Positions 40,074 through 52,539 of a DNA stretch of 64,000 bases are shown piece by piece (the first letter of the stretch is position 1; each line of letters starts with the position of its first letter). The notes under the pieces are model-generated. The model did no database searches. It was not told the origin of the DNA and worked only from the letters and a program-made list of their open reading frames with translations. The stretch comes from Vicugna vicugna (Eukaryota): assembly GCA_013265495.1 (NCBI GenBank), contig MU058226.1:706741-770740 (forward strand), written 5' to 3'. The translations under genes were made by a program, and so were the position numbers.

Positions 40074-41089
40074 GAGACATGCGAACTTACAAAGCCAGCT
40101 GTAAACACTGGGGCTAGATGTAATGTGTGCATACACGCCTGCGTGAACATGTGCACACACACACACACAACTGACAGACAGCTCCCTCACAGACTTTCAG
40201 ACAGACACTCACATGTGATATCCTGATAAATCTGTTACACACGTAGACCCCCAGCCAGGGCAAACACAGACACTCATACCCACATCAACTCCATCCACAC
40301 CTCGACATTCTTTCCAAGTTCAATCCCATCAGTTAGTGAATAGCCCTCTCCGGACACCTGTGACCATGAAATGATAGACACCATGTGCTCCTACGATCAG
40401 AGGACAGTGTGAGACACACACACGCAGGTTCTCAGGCACAGGCTCCCAACAGACTGGAGCCCACTCCCTAATAACCAAGGCGACCAAGCAAGAAGGAAGT
40501 CAATAGAGTGGGGAACGGAAGGAAACTTGGGTGGCTGGAGTGACTTCACCTGTCTCCACTGTATCGCTCAATTCTGGACACACCAGGGTGCCCCCAGCAA
40601 CAGTGGGTCTGAGCACCAGACTCTGGCTGGGGGTGGAGGTACTGGAAAGCAATGTCCAGCCAGCAGGGGACCTTTGTGGTAAAGGATGGAGGCCGGGGAG
40701 GATGGTGCTTACTGGACAATGACAGTATCTCATGTTGGTAACAAATGGACTATCCAACGTGGCTGAGTGACTGTCACTGGCAGGTTAGGTTGTCAAGCCC
40801 TCTCTCTGCTGGGCTGAGGCCAGGCTGCCCAACTGGGAGGTGGCCAGGTGGAGGCTTAACAGTTAATAGATGCCCACAGGGACTGGCTAGGTGGGAGGAC
40901 AGGCCCACTTCTCCAGGAAGTCGAGATGATTCAGTGGGTCCACATAAGAGCACCTGTCTTCCTGGGGTTCAGTTCCTCCATATTGAGTAAAAGGGGTCCT
41001 TCCTCAAGGCTGGAACACTTTCTCGGAGGTCAGGGGTCCCCCTCACCATTTTCAGATAGTAAGCCAGCGAACCGGGGAGGCGGGCAGGG

Positions 41090-41800
41090 ACAGACTGAGT
41101 GGCGCTGGGCAACCCAGCCCAGCCCGGGAACGTCCTGCCTCCGGGCCAGGCCCTCATCCTTCGGCCGCCGGCTGCCGCGCGTCTCCGGAGCCCCAGGCCG
41201 CCGCCCTCGCCCCTCGGCCCCGCAAGGGTCCTCCCGCCGTTCTCCCTACCTCTCATCGCTCTTCGCGGCAGACCCCGGCGTCCGACCCCGGAGCGGGGCC
41301 TCCTTGGCGGTGGCGGGGCGCGGGGAGGGGGAGGCGGAGGGAGCCAGGAGCCGGGAGCGGGAGGCGCCGGCGGGGCTCGGGTGTCGGGAGGCGGCTCCCG
41401 AGAGCAGCTGTCGGGGGCCTGTTCCGGGGAGAGGAGCCAGGGCTGGGGCGGCTCGGGTCCAGGCGCCGCCTCCCCACCCCCCGCTCCCCCCTCCTCACTC
41501 TCCCCTCCGCGCTCGCCGCGCTCCCGGGCCACTGCCCTCCCTTCCCCCTCCCGGGCCGAGCAGTCCCTGCCGCTCCCACGCCCGGCGCCGAGCTCCCGGC
41601 CCCGCGCTCCTCTGGCTCCCCCCACCCCCCCCCCCCCATCCCCCCCCCCCCCCCCCCCCCCCCCCGNNNNNNNNNNNNNNNNNNNNNNNNNNNNNNNNNN
41701 NNCCCCGCGCGCCCCAGCCTCCCCCAGGTAACCGCGCCGCAGTCCTGGCCGCAAGTTCGGCGCTGCGTGCCCATCCCCCTCCACCCACCCACGGCCCACC
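41090..41800 (-). promoter_or_regulatory. DDR1 main CpG-island promoter and non-coding exon (donor at 41250/41249); contains a 36-N gap at 41667-41702
   Basis: Very high CpG and GC content. Donor GATGAGAG|GTAGGG. Acceptor of the ATG exon CTTGCAG|AGATG at 38123. Confidence 0.8.
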
Positions 41801-42929
41801 TCCCTGGATCCCCACAAAGGAGATCCGAAGCTGAGGCCCCAGGGGCCAGCTGCGGACCAGCTCAGGGCCTCCAACACTCCCAGGTGCCACGAGGGGATGC
41901 CCCCCTCCTACTTCTCCTTTTCTGGGCTCAGTTCCTGCAGAGGGAGGTGAAGGGGAGCAGCCCCAGGGCACAGGGAAGGAGCAGGTTCCCACAGGCCCGG
42001 TGCCCGGTCCAGCAGCAGCAGAAGTTTGAATGGGGGAAGGGAGCAGGGTTCACCTGTCCACCCAGGCCTCCTAGACCGTCTTTTCACACCACCAACCTTG
42101 CTTCTCTCTGGCACCCTCTGAGCCTCTGGTCCTCTACACCCCAACCCAGCCCCAGCCCCTCTCCACTCAGCCTCTTCCTCTAAGTTCCTCCTTCAACTCT
42201 CCAGGGCCCACCCCGTCCTCTCAATGACCCTAGAGTCCAGACTCCAAGGCCCTGGTTCCCCTGGGCTCCCTGCTCAAAGCCCAGAAGTCCCCCTCAGGGC
42301 AGGTCTCCCTCAGGCCCAGCCAGCTCTGGCCATGGTGGGGTTGGAGGGTCTGACCACTGGCAAGGATAGGCCTGGACAAGGTGAGTGGTGGGGAGGAGGA
42401 GGAGGATAGGGAGGTAAAGAGAAAAGCACACACAGCCAAAAAGGAATAGTACCAGAGACCCCGGGCAAGATGGGTGCAGAGACTGAGTAAACAGATCCAA
42501 TGAGAGAGAGAGAGCACGCGCTCTCCCCGGCTACTGGCTGAGGTGGGCAGGACAGACAGTTGTGGGAGGGATTCCAGTCCCCAAACCCACACACCCCCAC
42601 ACCCCCACTCCACACCCCACTTGCCAATCACCTGCAGAGTAAGGTCTCACTCCATAGCAGATATGGGCCCCACTGCACCTCACAGCAGATACGTATAAAC
42701 TCACCCTACGTGCAGTTTCAGACAACACTCCCAAGAAAGAAACACGAAGTCCCAGACAAGTACACAAAAGCACTACCAGGAAGAGGCTGGCCCCTGGGAG
42801 AGGCCAAGGCACATATGGGTACGAACTCCAACCTACAGGTCAACACATAAACCCTAGGACGCCCCAACTGCTAAGGGACTCAATAGACAGCCCCATGGCC
42901 ACTCTGAGATTTGCCTCTTTCCATCGTCC

Positions 42930-43260
42930 CCTCCTACCAAACCCCCGGGATTCCCCGGCGCACCTACCCCTCCGGAGACGGCCGCTGGGGAACCTGGGCC
43001 GGGGGTGGAGCCACGCCGGGGTGGGTGGAGCCAAGGTTTCCCAAGTAACCTTACCAGGGCGGACTCTCAGCCCCTCCTTCCAGGGGCTGTGCTCCCGGGA
43101 AGCCCCGGGCAAGCGGCCGGGCTGAGCCGCAGCCAGACCCCTCAGGGAAGAAGCAGCAGTCCCTCACACCCCAGTGGGACATTTCACACCCCAAGCCCAC
43201 GCTGACCCCAGCCAGGTGGCATGGCGGTGCCAGACAGAGGAGTCCACTGCGGAAAGTAGA
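42930..43260 (-). promoter_or_regulatory. Candidate alternative DDR1 5' exon/promoter
   Basis: CpG-enriched patch with a strong donor CTG|GTAAGG at 43055/43054. Confidence 0.45.
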
Positions 43261-44569
43261 AGAAACCACAGGATCCTGAAACCCTTGTTCCCTCTTCTCC
43301 CTCAGGAGAAATTCCTAGTCGGTGATGCCCACCTCGCCCCAGCCCCAAGCTAGAGGAGTGGGAGGGCTGCAGGGCTGGGGCCCAGCGGAGTCAAGTGACA
43401 GCAGAAAGGGGGCTGGAGCCGGCTGGAATGCGGGGCTCTGAGCCGAGACTTTCAGGGGCCAGAGAGGGAAATCCCAGCCATCCAGGGACCCCTAGAGCAG
43501 CACCAAAGACCGAGCACATTCATCTACCTACCCATGTGTGGTCCCCAGAGCCCATCCCACATCTCCTGCATCACTCACAACTCCAGAGGCCCCACATCCT
43601 CCTGAACCCCCAAAGGACCCTCTACCGCTCCCCCATCTGTGTCCTCCTATTCAGGGCTCCCCTCCCTTTCAAGCCAATAGCCTCCTGAAGCCCAGGAAGA
43701 AGAGGAAAAGCTGAAAAAATGTGAGGAGAGGCACGTAGGAGAGAGTAGATTCAGGCAGGCAGATCCCCAGACCACCACAGGGAAGCCTGGCAGGACCAGT
43801 GAGAGAGAGGACGGGCCAGATGCCCGACCCCCCACCCCAACAAGCTGCTGTTCCCTTCCTGAGAGATGCAGCTGCCTCTGGGGCAAGGAGGCTGGGTCGG
43901 CAGCTGGGGAGAGTGAAAATTCACTGGAGAGGGGAGCAAGGGTGAGGGGTGGACCAAGCCCTGGGTGGGAGTCAGGCGTTGATACCACCAAGTCCACAGT
44001 GGAAACTGAGGCCCAGGAGCGGGAGGAGGAGAGAGAGATGATGTAGCACAGGGAAAAAGATGAGACCAGTCTCAGCTGTTGGCAGCCTAGGGGATGAAGA
44101 GAGGGGGGCCGTGGGGATAGAACGGGACACAAACAGGCCGAGGCAGAGGGGAACTGGGGGTCGGAGAGAGGAAACGGAGGATGGAGACAGGGGGCACACA
44201 GCAGAAGGTGGGAAGACTGGGGTTTGGAGAGAAAAGGACTGGGCCAGCGAGTGAACTGGAGTGGAGATGGGGAAAGGGTGAGGGGGACACTCAGAGAGGA
44301 GGGCAGGAAAGTGAGGAGCCTCCGAGAGATGAGCAGATGCCAAACAAGGACAAAGAGGAGAAAAAGGGGTTGGAATAAACCCAGAGACGGGAGACGAAGA
44401 CAGATGCACACGTACTGAAACGAAGGGATGTGAGATCAGTAAGGGGCTGAGAAGGGAAGGGACAGCTGAAGGACTGACTGGGGAGACCGAGGCCCCAATT
44501 CCAAAGAGTGAAGCAAACCTGCTACTGGGTGGCAGGACACAGAGGCCCCAGACCTCCCCTTGGAAACCT

Positions 44570-45160
44570 CGTAGCCCTCGGCCCATCTGCCGCTCCGCCG
44601 CCCCCAACTCTATTCCCCATCCTTCCCCTTCTCCCCGCCGTGCCCGGCCGCTCTCCCCTCCTCCCACCACACCTCCAGCCAGCACCGCCCGGTCACTCCC
44701 CATGAGGGGAAGACCCAACTCCAGTCCCCACTCCTGCCCTCCCTGGGCTCCAGCTTTCTCTCTCTCACCTCCAGCTCAGGGTTCTCCTGGGTCCCAGTCC
44801 CCCGTAGTCTCAGGGCTTTGGGGTTCCGGCTCTGGGACTGCCAAGGCCGCCCGGCTTTGTCCGCCCATCCGGGACCCGGGAGCAGCTGCCCGGGCCAGCT
44901 GCGGCCGGCTTCGACGTGACCATGGCAACCCAGCCCGCTCCCCTCGCCGAGCCTCCCGGCCCCCGCAGAGAGGGAGGGAGTAGACTGGCCGGGGAGAAAG
45001 GGAGGGGAGACAGAGGACTGGGAACAACAGGGAGATCGCAGACAAAGACCCCAGACAAAAGGAGGCGAAGGGAGGCAGCTAGGAAGAAAGCAGCGATGGG
45101 CTGTGGCTGAGAGCTTAGGCAGCCGGCATTTTGGTCCCGCTGAGGCCGCGAATCCAGGAA
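44570..45160 (-). promoter_or_regulatory. Candidate distal DDR1 promoter/first exon
   Basis: CpG-rich. RFX X-box GTGACCATGGCAAC at 44916-44929. Donor GAG|GTGAGA at 44769/44768. Confidence 0.55.
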
Positions 45161-46452
45161 AGAGGGACAGACAGACAGGAGGTGGGAGAAGAGATCAGTG
45201 GTCCTTTGGAGGCCTCCTCTGGGTCCCTAACAATTCACTTCCTTCCCTCAGGGTTTTGCAGTCTGGGGAGAACCAGAATACCAGTTTCCTAGTTGGCTGC
45301 CCCCAAAATATCATATGGTGAGCTCCTCCATCCTGGCTTGTACCAGAGCATAGGAAGTACCCAAGGCCAAAAGGTACCCTATGTTTTCAAGAACAATCCC
45401 AATTTCAAACATATTCTGACTTGTCCCTTCTGACGTCTCCTCTGAAGTACAAATATCATTGTCAATGTACTCCAATTCTTGATTTGGAAGATATGCTCCC
45501 CAAAGCCAAAGGGGACTGATTAGGCTATGGGGGGTGGGGCCGGGAGGGAGCACTAAGAGGTTTCTCACAGCATTTGAGAGGAAACAGTACCAAATGGGGA
45601 GGAGAGAAAGCAAGGCTTTGCCTCTGGGAGGCGAGGATTGAAACGACCCCTCGCCAGCTAGCTCCTGCTGCTGAGTCCTACAGCATCCCTGTCCCCTCAT
45701 CAGTAAGATGGAGATAATAGTACCTGCCCACCCCGGGGTCTGTTGGGATGATAATGTGAGGTGGCATCGGTAAAGTACCAGCCGCATTGATGGAAGCAAC
45801 CATTCTAACTCCACTAACATGATCTCCCTCTTTCTCATGTGTCACTTGGGTCCCTGAGTTCCAACCCTTCCCCGACCCCCCACCCCCTACCCCCAATTTA
45901 TTCCACAGTTATTAGGGTTTTCACAGGGCAGGATTCTGACAGTAAGAGCTACGAAAGACATTCAGGAACATAACCCACTCTCCATTCTCTCTGCATTTAC
46001 AGTCTAGAGGGGGAGCCAGGCATGGACATGTATGTGCATGTATATGTATATATTTCTAATCACAGAAGACATCAAGACCCATGTTATGGTCAGAGCTGGA
46101 AGGGGCTGTGGGAACCCAGGGGAAGGACAGGCCAGGTCCTCCTGAGACCAGGGATAACCTCATGGAAGAGTTGGAGCTTGAACTGGAACTTAAGCCAGAC
46201 AAAGATTTGCAGAAATGAGGCAAGGCCATCCTCGCTGAAGAAGGTGAGGGACTGTTAGCTGGGAGGCATGAACATGGTTATTTGAACGCAGCTGTGACTG
46301 GAAGGCAGAATCAGTCTGTCCAGGTGAGTAAGCCCAGAAGGGCAGATTGAGGTGGGGTAATCTTATTAGTAGTTTCATTTAGTCTGAAGGTGAGGAAGAA
46401 GGGCCTTGGGCTTTTGAGCTGGGAAATGGCATGATTAGGTGTGTGTTATTTT

Positions 46453-46556
46453 CTTCAAGTTTTAAGATTTTTTTTTTAAATGGAGATACTGGGGATTGAA
46501 TTGAGGACCTCATGAATGCTAATCATGCGCTCTACCATTGAGCTATACCCGCCCCC
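46453..46556 (-). mobile_element. Vic-1-type tRNA-Ala SINE, short form
   Basis: Reverse complement reads GGGGGCGGGTATAGCTCAATGGTAGAGCGCATGATTAGCATTCATGAGGTCCTCAATTCAATCCCCAGTATCTCCA plus an A tail. Decayed TSD at 46437-46452 and 46563-46578. Confidence 0.85.
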
Positions 46557-48699
46557 GAGATGAGATGTACGTTATTTTAACAGTGGTTTCTAGCATTAGC
46601 ATATTGGATGCACAGTGCAGAGCTGTGGCTGAGGGGGAAGGAGTTAATTCCACCTTTTTCTTGTCCACATCCGCCTGGGGTTCCCCCTAGCCAGGAATGC
46701 TACAAGGAAATGGTGAGATGCTACAGGAAAGCAGGTGGATGGGGCAGGGCTCTTCATAAAAAGGGAACCTGGATGGAGAGGTTGTAACTTGCCTTGGATT
46801 TGTGGCAAGTTGCTGCTTCCCACCTAGGACTTCAAGATTCCTCCGCTTCACTCTTCCAAAAGCGGGTGGGGGCTAAGAGGAAGATCCAGAACGGCTCTCT
46901 GTGGGGCCGGACTAGGCAAAGGCCTGAGCCTGCCCTCCCTGGAAACCCCACCCTTCATCAGTCTTTTGTGGGCCCCACGGTCCCTGCAATGAACAGGAAG
47001 GCCACTGGGAGGCGCTCGCTGCACAGGTGACCAGCGCTACGGGAATTACCGGGAAAAGTGAAAGCCAGGAGGGAAGGAGATTCAAACCTGGGCGTGGCCC
47101 GGAGGAAGCAGCGCTGGAGGGGCCGCCGAGGAGAGAGAACAGAGAAAGGCTGAGAGAAAGTTTAGGGTAGCTGCAGGGCCCATTACGGTGAAATATCCTG
47201 ACAGTAGTATAGTAGAAATCTTATTTATAGACAGAATCGTAGATTCTTCACTTTCTCTTTTCTATCATCCTTTGCCAAAGCCTGGCCCATTCTCAGCAAC
47301 CCTTGACCTCTTCCTGATAAGTGCTGTTAGTGACTGAGCCATGCTCTGCCCTCAGCACGTGCCCGAGTCATCTTATCTGGTCCTCACCGCAGCTCTGTGA
47401 TGGGGCATTCTGAGATATGCCCACTTTTACAGGGGCAGAGCCTGAGGGTTAGAGAAGTCAAGTAACTTGTCCACAGTTATATACACAGCAAGCAGAATTC
47501 CAGGCTGGACTGGAAGGTCTTAGCTATCATTCATTGTTTGTCCAACTCTAAGGGTCCATCATAAATTCTCACCCCTTCCTTTATAGTCCTTGAGGATCTT
47601 GGGACGTTGTTAACTCCTCTTTCTCTATCTCCCAAAAGTACTAGTGGTCCAAATTATTCTTGTTTGTGCACGAACAATATACAGAGATCCAACAATAGCA
47701 AACGATTTGCTCAAGGTCACACTGGAAATCAAGGTCGATGCTAGGATAGTGTTTCTCACACTGAAGTCCCTGGATTCCTGAGGACCCATGAATGCTCTGT
47801 GAAAATTATTAAATTGTATGTTTTTGTTTCATTGGTAATTTTTAAAAAGTATTTTAAGCATGTTCAGGATCGTACATAACTGATTCTTCATGGCGTCCCT
47901 TGCATGTGGGTACCTGCCTTTGTGTTGTGTGTTTACCTACTTAGGGTCAAGTTAGCACTTCTTTGCCTGTAAAGTACCAAGTGAAGCCCAGGGGACATGT
48001 GCTGACAAAATTTCTTAATTATTTGAACAGACACAAGTAGGGGGAGAACTGAGTCATCCGGGCCAATTTCAAAAGAACCTGTTAGGCAGTAGCAGTTCAT
48101 GTTGCCAGCAGCAACTTCATTTCAGAAAAACAACACTATTCATCACATCAAATTACTTTTAGTTTAAATTGTCTTTCTGCTTTTGTTTGTATACATTGCT
48201 ACTTTGTTTTGTTTATTATTGCTTAACTACTGAAGCCTGAATAGTTCACAGTGAGCTGTGTTGCCACCCATGGTTTGCCCACATTTAAGTTATAAAAATA
48301 ATTTAAGTCAAATCCATGAGAATTGTATTTCCTCCCAAAGGGTCCATAAGTTATTCAAGTTCTAACCCTCAGAGCAGGGCTAAAGTTAACCTGGGCTTTC
48401 AGAAGTCTCCAAAGGAAACCTGTAGTGTTGGAATCCCTGTTAAATTCCCCAAGTCTCCCCACCAGCAAGATCTAGTGCTAGGAAGTTAGAGCCTGGGGCC
48501 TCTGGGCTACTGAGACTGAGAGAGGGGAGGAGGGGGTCACAAAGTGAGGAGGTCATAGGGCAGCCCCTGGGGAGAACTCCAAGAACTTCTGTGACAGAAC
48601 TGAGAACTGAGGTGAGAATCTGCAGAGTGTGAGAGAGACCACCATAGGCTTTAAGTAAAAGGAAAGAAAAGGTGGATTGTAAAAGATGGTATTGGGCAA

Positions 48700-49270
48700 G
48701 TTTATCAGAGAGAATGCTTGTGACTGCAAGTATCAGGAACAGCTTAAACAAAAACTAAAAATAAGAACAAAACAAACAAACAAACAAAGGTTCTGGGGTT
48801 CCAGATTAAAAGGCTCCTGGGAAAAAGAGGTTCCAGGTCAATTCCCTGGCTTACTGATGCCGTCACGGACCCAGCTTCTTTCCATCTTTCTGCTCTCCCA
48901 TCCATCCTCAGTGTGCTGGGATTCATTCTCATAGATATCCATTGGCCGCCTCAGCTGCAGACACCACATATTCAACAATCATGTCCAGAGGCAGAAAGAT
49001 TTTCCTATAAATCTTCCTGTTTGCTTCAGCTGACTCCCCATCACCACCCCCGATGTCTCACTGGTCCCAGAGCCCCACTCCTAAATCAATCATAGCGAAA
49101 GGCTGGCTTAGACCCATCATGGTAATATAGCTCTTTGGGATGTGAAGGGACCTCCTCTGAATATGTGGGAGGGCAGCACTGAAACAATAAAGAAAGAAAA
49201 TTTGTAAAAGCTTTGCCAGCATGGAAGTTGGGATGGCCGTTTTGTAAACACCAAAAGTGTCCTCTACAAA
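48700..49270. mobile_element. MLT1-like (MaLR) LTR
   Basis: TGACTGCAAGTATCAG start, GCCGCCTCAGCTGCAGAC internally, TGTCCTCTACA end. Confidence 0.5.
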
Positions 49271-52082
49271 AGGCTTTCATGAGTTCGGACAGGCTTTCAT
49301 GAAGGGACTTGCCTGCCATGCCAAGGGCTTTGGCTCCTATCCAGTGGATTCCAAAAAACCTTTTTAAAAATTGAATCTGGGCATGATGAGATTTGCACAA
49401 TGCTATAAGGGATGATATGATGGTGAAGTAGGATTAGAGGCAGAGGCACGGTAATTAAGCTATTTTTTATGGGATTCTAATTCTAGATCACATACATACC
49501 AGGAAACCAGAACGGGCAGATAGATGGATGACTTATCCTGCCTGCTGGATCACAGGGGCAGCAAAAACTGCCTCTCTTGGAGATCTTCCACTGTGAACCT
49601 CACAGCACTTCAGCCATGGGTGGAGCTCACCTAAGTACAAACTGCAGACTCTTAGTGCCTGACTAGGATCCAGAGCCACCCTGGGTGTGTGTGTGTGTTT
49701 TGGGGCGGGGAGGGTTGGTGGGGTTCCTAAAGGATCAGAGGTCAGAGTGGGAGGGCTGATAATGTTTTAATCAAAGGAGACTCACCCACGTATTAAATTC
49801 TGCCACTATGCTCCCCACTTAGACTACTGTGTCTCATTCAGGGCGCCAAAGGTGACAACCTGAGACTCTTAATTGCCTAATTTTAAGCATCCTGCCAGAA
49901 ATTATACTCCCATCTATGACACATTTGGGGGGGAGGGGCAGTGCCCAAGGGACATCTCATGCGTCTCTTGCCTAGACTCCAGGGAACCCACTGGCAAGGG
50001 CTTCACAATGACCTGCTCCCTGACCTGGGGGCAATATTGACACAGACAGAGCAGCCCAAGTCTGCCTCTGCACTGAGTCCCTCCGTACATCAAAGACATA
50101 ATCTCCCGCCTGCCACACAACCACGTGATCGTCAACGGAGGCTTGAAGTTCACATCCTGTCTCTGGAAAATAGCATTCAAACTTCGCCTGTCTGCTTGCC
50201 ACTGCCCATAACCAGGGGCCAGATACAGTGTGGAGCCTTTCCTCAGCCTCAGCAGGGCTCCCACCTGGGAGGGAGCCTTGACCTTTGACTCTGTGAAAAC
50301 CCTGGTCTGCGAGTCGGGGTTGGAGGTGGGAGGTGAAGGAAGAAACTTTTCTGCAGAGCTGTATCCTCACCATCATGGGATCAGCCTTTTAAGTGATTGA
50401 ACTGACTTTATAGCATCAGTTCCAGAACAATCTACTTCAAAATTATAAAAGATGAAAGACTCACATGGTCCCACTAAGTAGCGTCTTCTCTTCATGTTTT
50501 CATGGTGTGTTTTCACATCAACAGACACTTAAACAGAGGGAGGGACTGAAAGTTTCTGCACTCCAAGCGACAGAACCAATTAGAGAGTAAACGAATGAAA
50601 AGGAAATCTGAAATTCTGCTGGTTAAAAATAATAATAACAATTTATAGATCTGGTTTTCCTAGACAGGAAGCTAAAATTCCAGGCTGATATTCAACTCCA
50701 GATGACCTTCCAACAGAGCTGGAGGCTTCGCTGGGTGTCTGTGGGCTGCACAGCTGAGGCGGGTGTGCAGTGGGGGCCCCAGGACAGGGTGAGAGCGGGC
50801 AGGGGACTGGCTCTTACCATTTGTTCCTTGCCTCACCTGTAACGCGTGGGGCAAGAACACATCTCCTGGAGGTGCCATTTGGAAGCTGAGGAGACTTCTC
50901 ACCTTCACAGAAAACCCCAAGAGAGGTTGGTTCTAAAGGCTTTTCAAGGCCAGAATGCAAACTGTACAGTCCCTGGGGAGGCACCGACCGCCCAGGCCTG
51001 GGGGCTCTCTCTGTTCTAAATGAGAGCTGATAGTTAATATGGGTTACTCCCCATTAAGGTACAGACAAATCCCTTTATTAACCTTAAAATTCCTAAGATG
51101 GGCCTCCTGACCCTTGTCTTTCCTGTCTGTGTGTGTATAGAAAGCCCCCAGGTGTAAGGATTGGAAGTAAGTGGATGAAGAACGATGAGGAATTAGTGCT
51201 AGTATTAACATCACTGGACTAAAACATGATCCCACTCTGTGAAGAGAGGGGCTGGCTGTCCTGTAGGGGTCTGAGGACAAGTAGACTTGGTCCCTAGTAT
51301 TAGCCTGTCCTTTTTGGTTGCATCTGGCATCTGCTTGATCTGATTTGGTGCTTGCAGGGTTTGAGTCCGAGGTAAGGGGTACCCGAGGGTCAGCTCTGGG
51401 TCCTTGAGGCTGAGGAGGTGGGAGGAGGAGGCATGAGACCAGTTATGACAAGAGGGAACTGAGAAAAGTGAAAACACTCGGTGCTTGTTTTGTGCTTCTG
51501 TACATTCTGAGCCTGGGGAATTTTAAAGGACTTTTCCTAATATTTATCTTCAATGGATGGAGTCCTTCACTCAGTAAATATCCGAGGCACTGTGTAGGGG
51601 TTGTGGATAAACAGTAAAGGAAGCAGAGTTCCAGCCCTCAAGGAGCTTTCTAAGTTCATTTTTCAGCCCCACAGGGACAAGATGGAAATCCCAGGAGCAG
51701 TGCTTTGACCGAGGCCCCAGGGACACCCAGTGCCCAGATGTGTGGACAGAGACACAGCTCCCAGGGAAAGCAGAGTTCCTTTAAAACTCTGTTGACCATG
51801 AGGAATAAATCAAAATGGCAAACCTGCAGGATAATATCCTGGCTCATTTCTTATGCAAAGGAAAACATTGAGGGTTTGCTGAATAAGCGAGGAGGGAGCA
51901 GCATAGTGGGAACCACGTTGCAAAACTGTAAACTGCTCCCTGGTGATTGCCAAGATCTTGATGATCAGAGAAAGTGGTGTATGAGGCAGAGCAAACACAC
52001 CCCTGTGATAAAGCCAGAAATTTCATCCCCAGGGAAAGATGCTGCCAGAGGCAGTGCCGCGGGGGTTGGGGAGGGTCAAGAT

Positions 52083-52539
52083 TGTTACTTTTTTAATATA
52101 TTACATATTCGTACTGATAATTGGAAAGTCTAAGCTCGTCCTACTTGCCGCACAATAAACCGAGAAAAGAGTACTTGGGGTAGGGAATAGCACCTTTATT
52201 CAGAGAGCCAGCAGACTGAGAAGATGGTGGACAGATGCCCCAGAGAGCCATGTTAGCCGAGTTAGAATCCAGGCTTCTTTTATACTAAAAGGGGACGGGG
52301 AAAGGCCTGGTTCTGGCCAGACTCTGGGGGGTTGTAGTAAGTTCTTCCTGCTTGCAGCCATTCCCAGGTGGGCCTGGTCAGGATGTTTCCTCTGAGCTAA
52401 ACAAAGGTATTTTAGCTTCAAGTTCCTTACCTGGGAGGCAGGGTTTCCAGAGATGGCCATTATGTATAATTTAAGCTTATAGGCAACATCCCTTTAGTGA
52501 TTAAGTTGTAATAAAAAACAAAAGTTCTTCCCTATTACA
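52083..52539 (-). mobile_element. ERV1-class solo LTR
   Basis: TG...CA termini (TGTTAC / TATTACA) and a 4-bp TSD AGAT/AGAC. On the minus strand TATAAAA (52278-52284) precedes AATAAA (52195-52200). Confidence 0.7.

Noticed and set aside
39576..40226. HT/CV-repeat ORFs
   Set aside because: Translations of the CA microsatellite and N gap.
41618..41702. Long poly-C run next to a gap in the DDR1 promoter
   Set aside because: Likely low-quality base calls at a contig end in GC-rich DNA; not reliable as a real homopolymer.
40926..41992. Several 165-302 aa ORFs on both strands
   Set aside because: Stop-poor CpG island read through an N gap; Pro/Gly/Arg-rich artefacts.
43647..44718. Two minus-strand ORFs of about 250 aa rich in Leu/Ser/Pro
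   Set aside because: Result of a CT-rich strand with few stops; no homology or domain features.
46015..46050. Possible p53 response element (DDR1 is a known p53 target)
   Set aside because: The CATG half-sites have several mismatches and sit in low-complexity or L2-like DNA.
49914..50376. Three overlapping 115-134 aa ORFs
   Set aside because: No recognisable homology or supporting gene structure.
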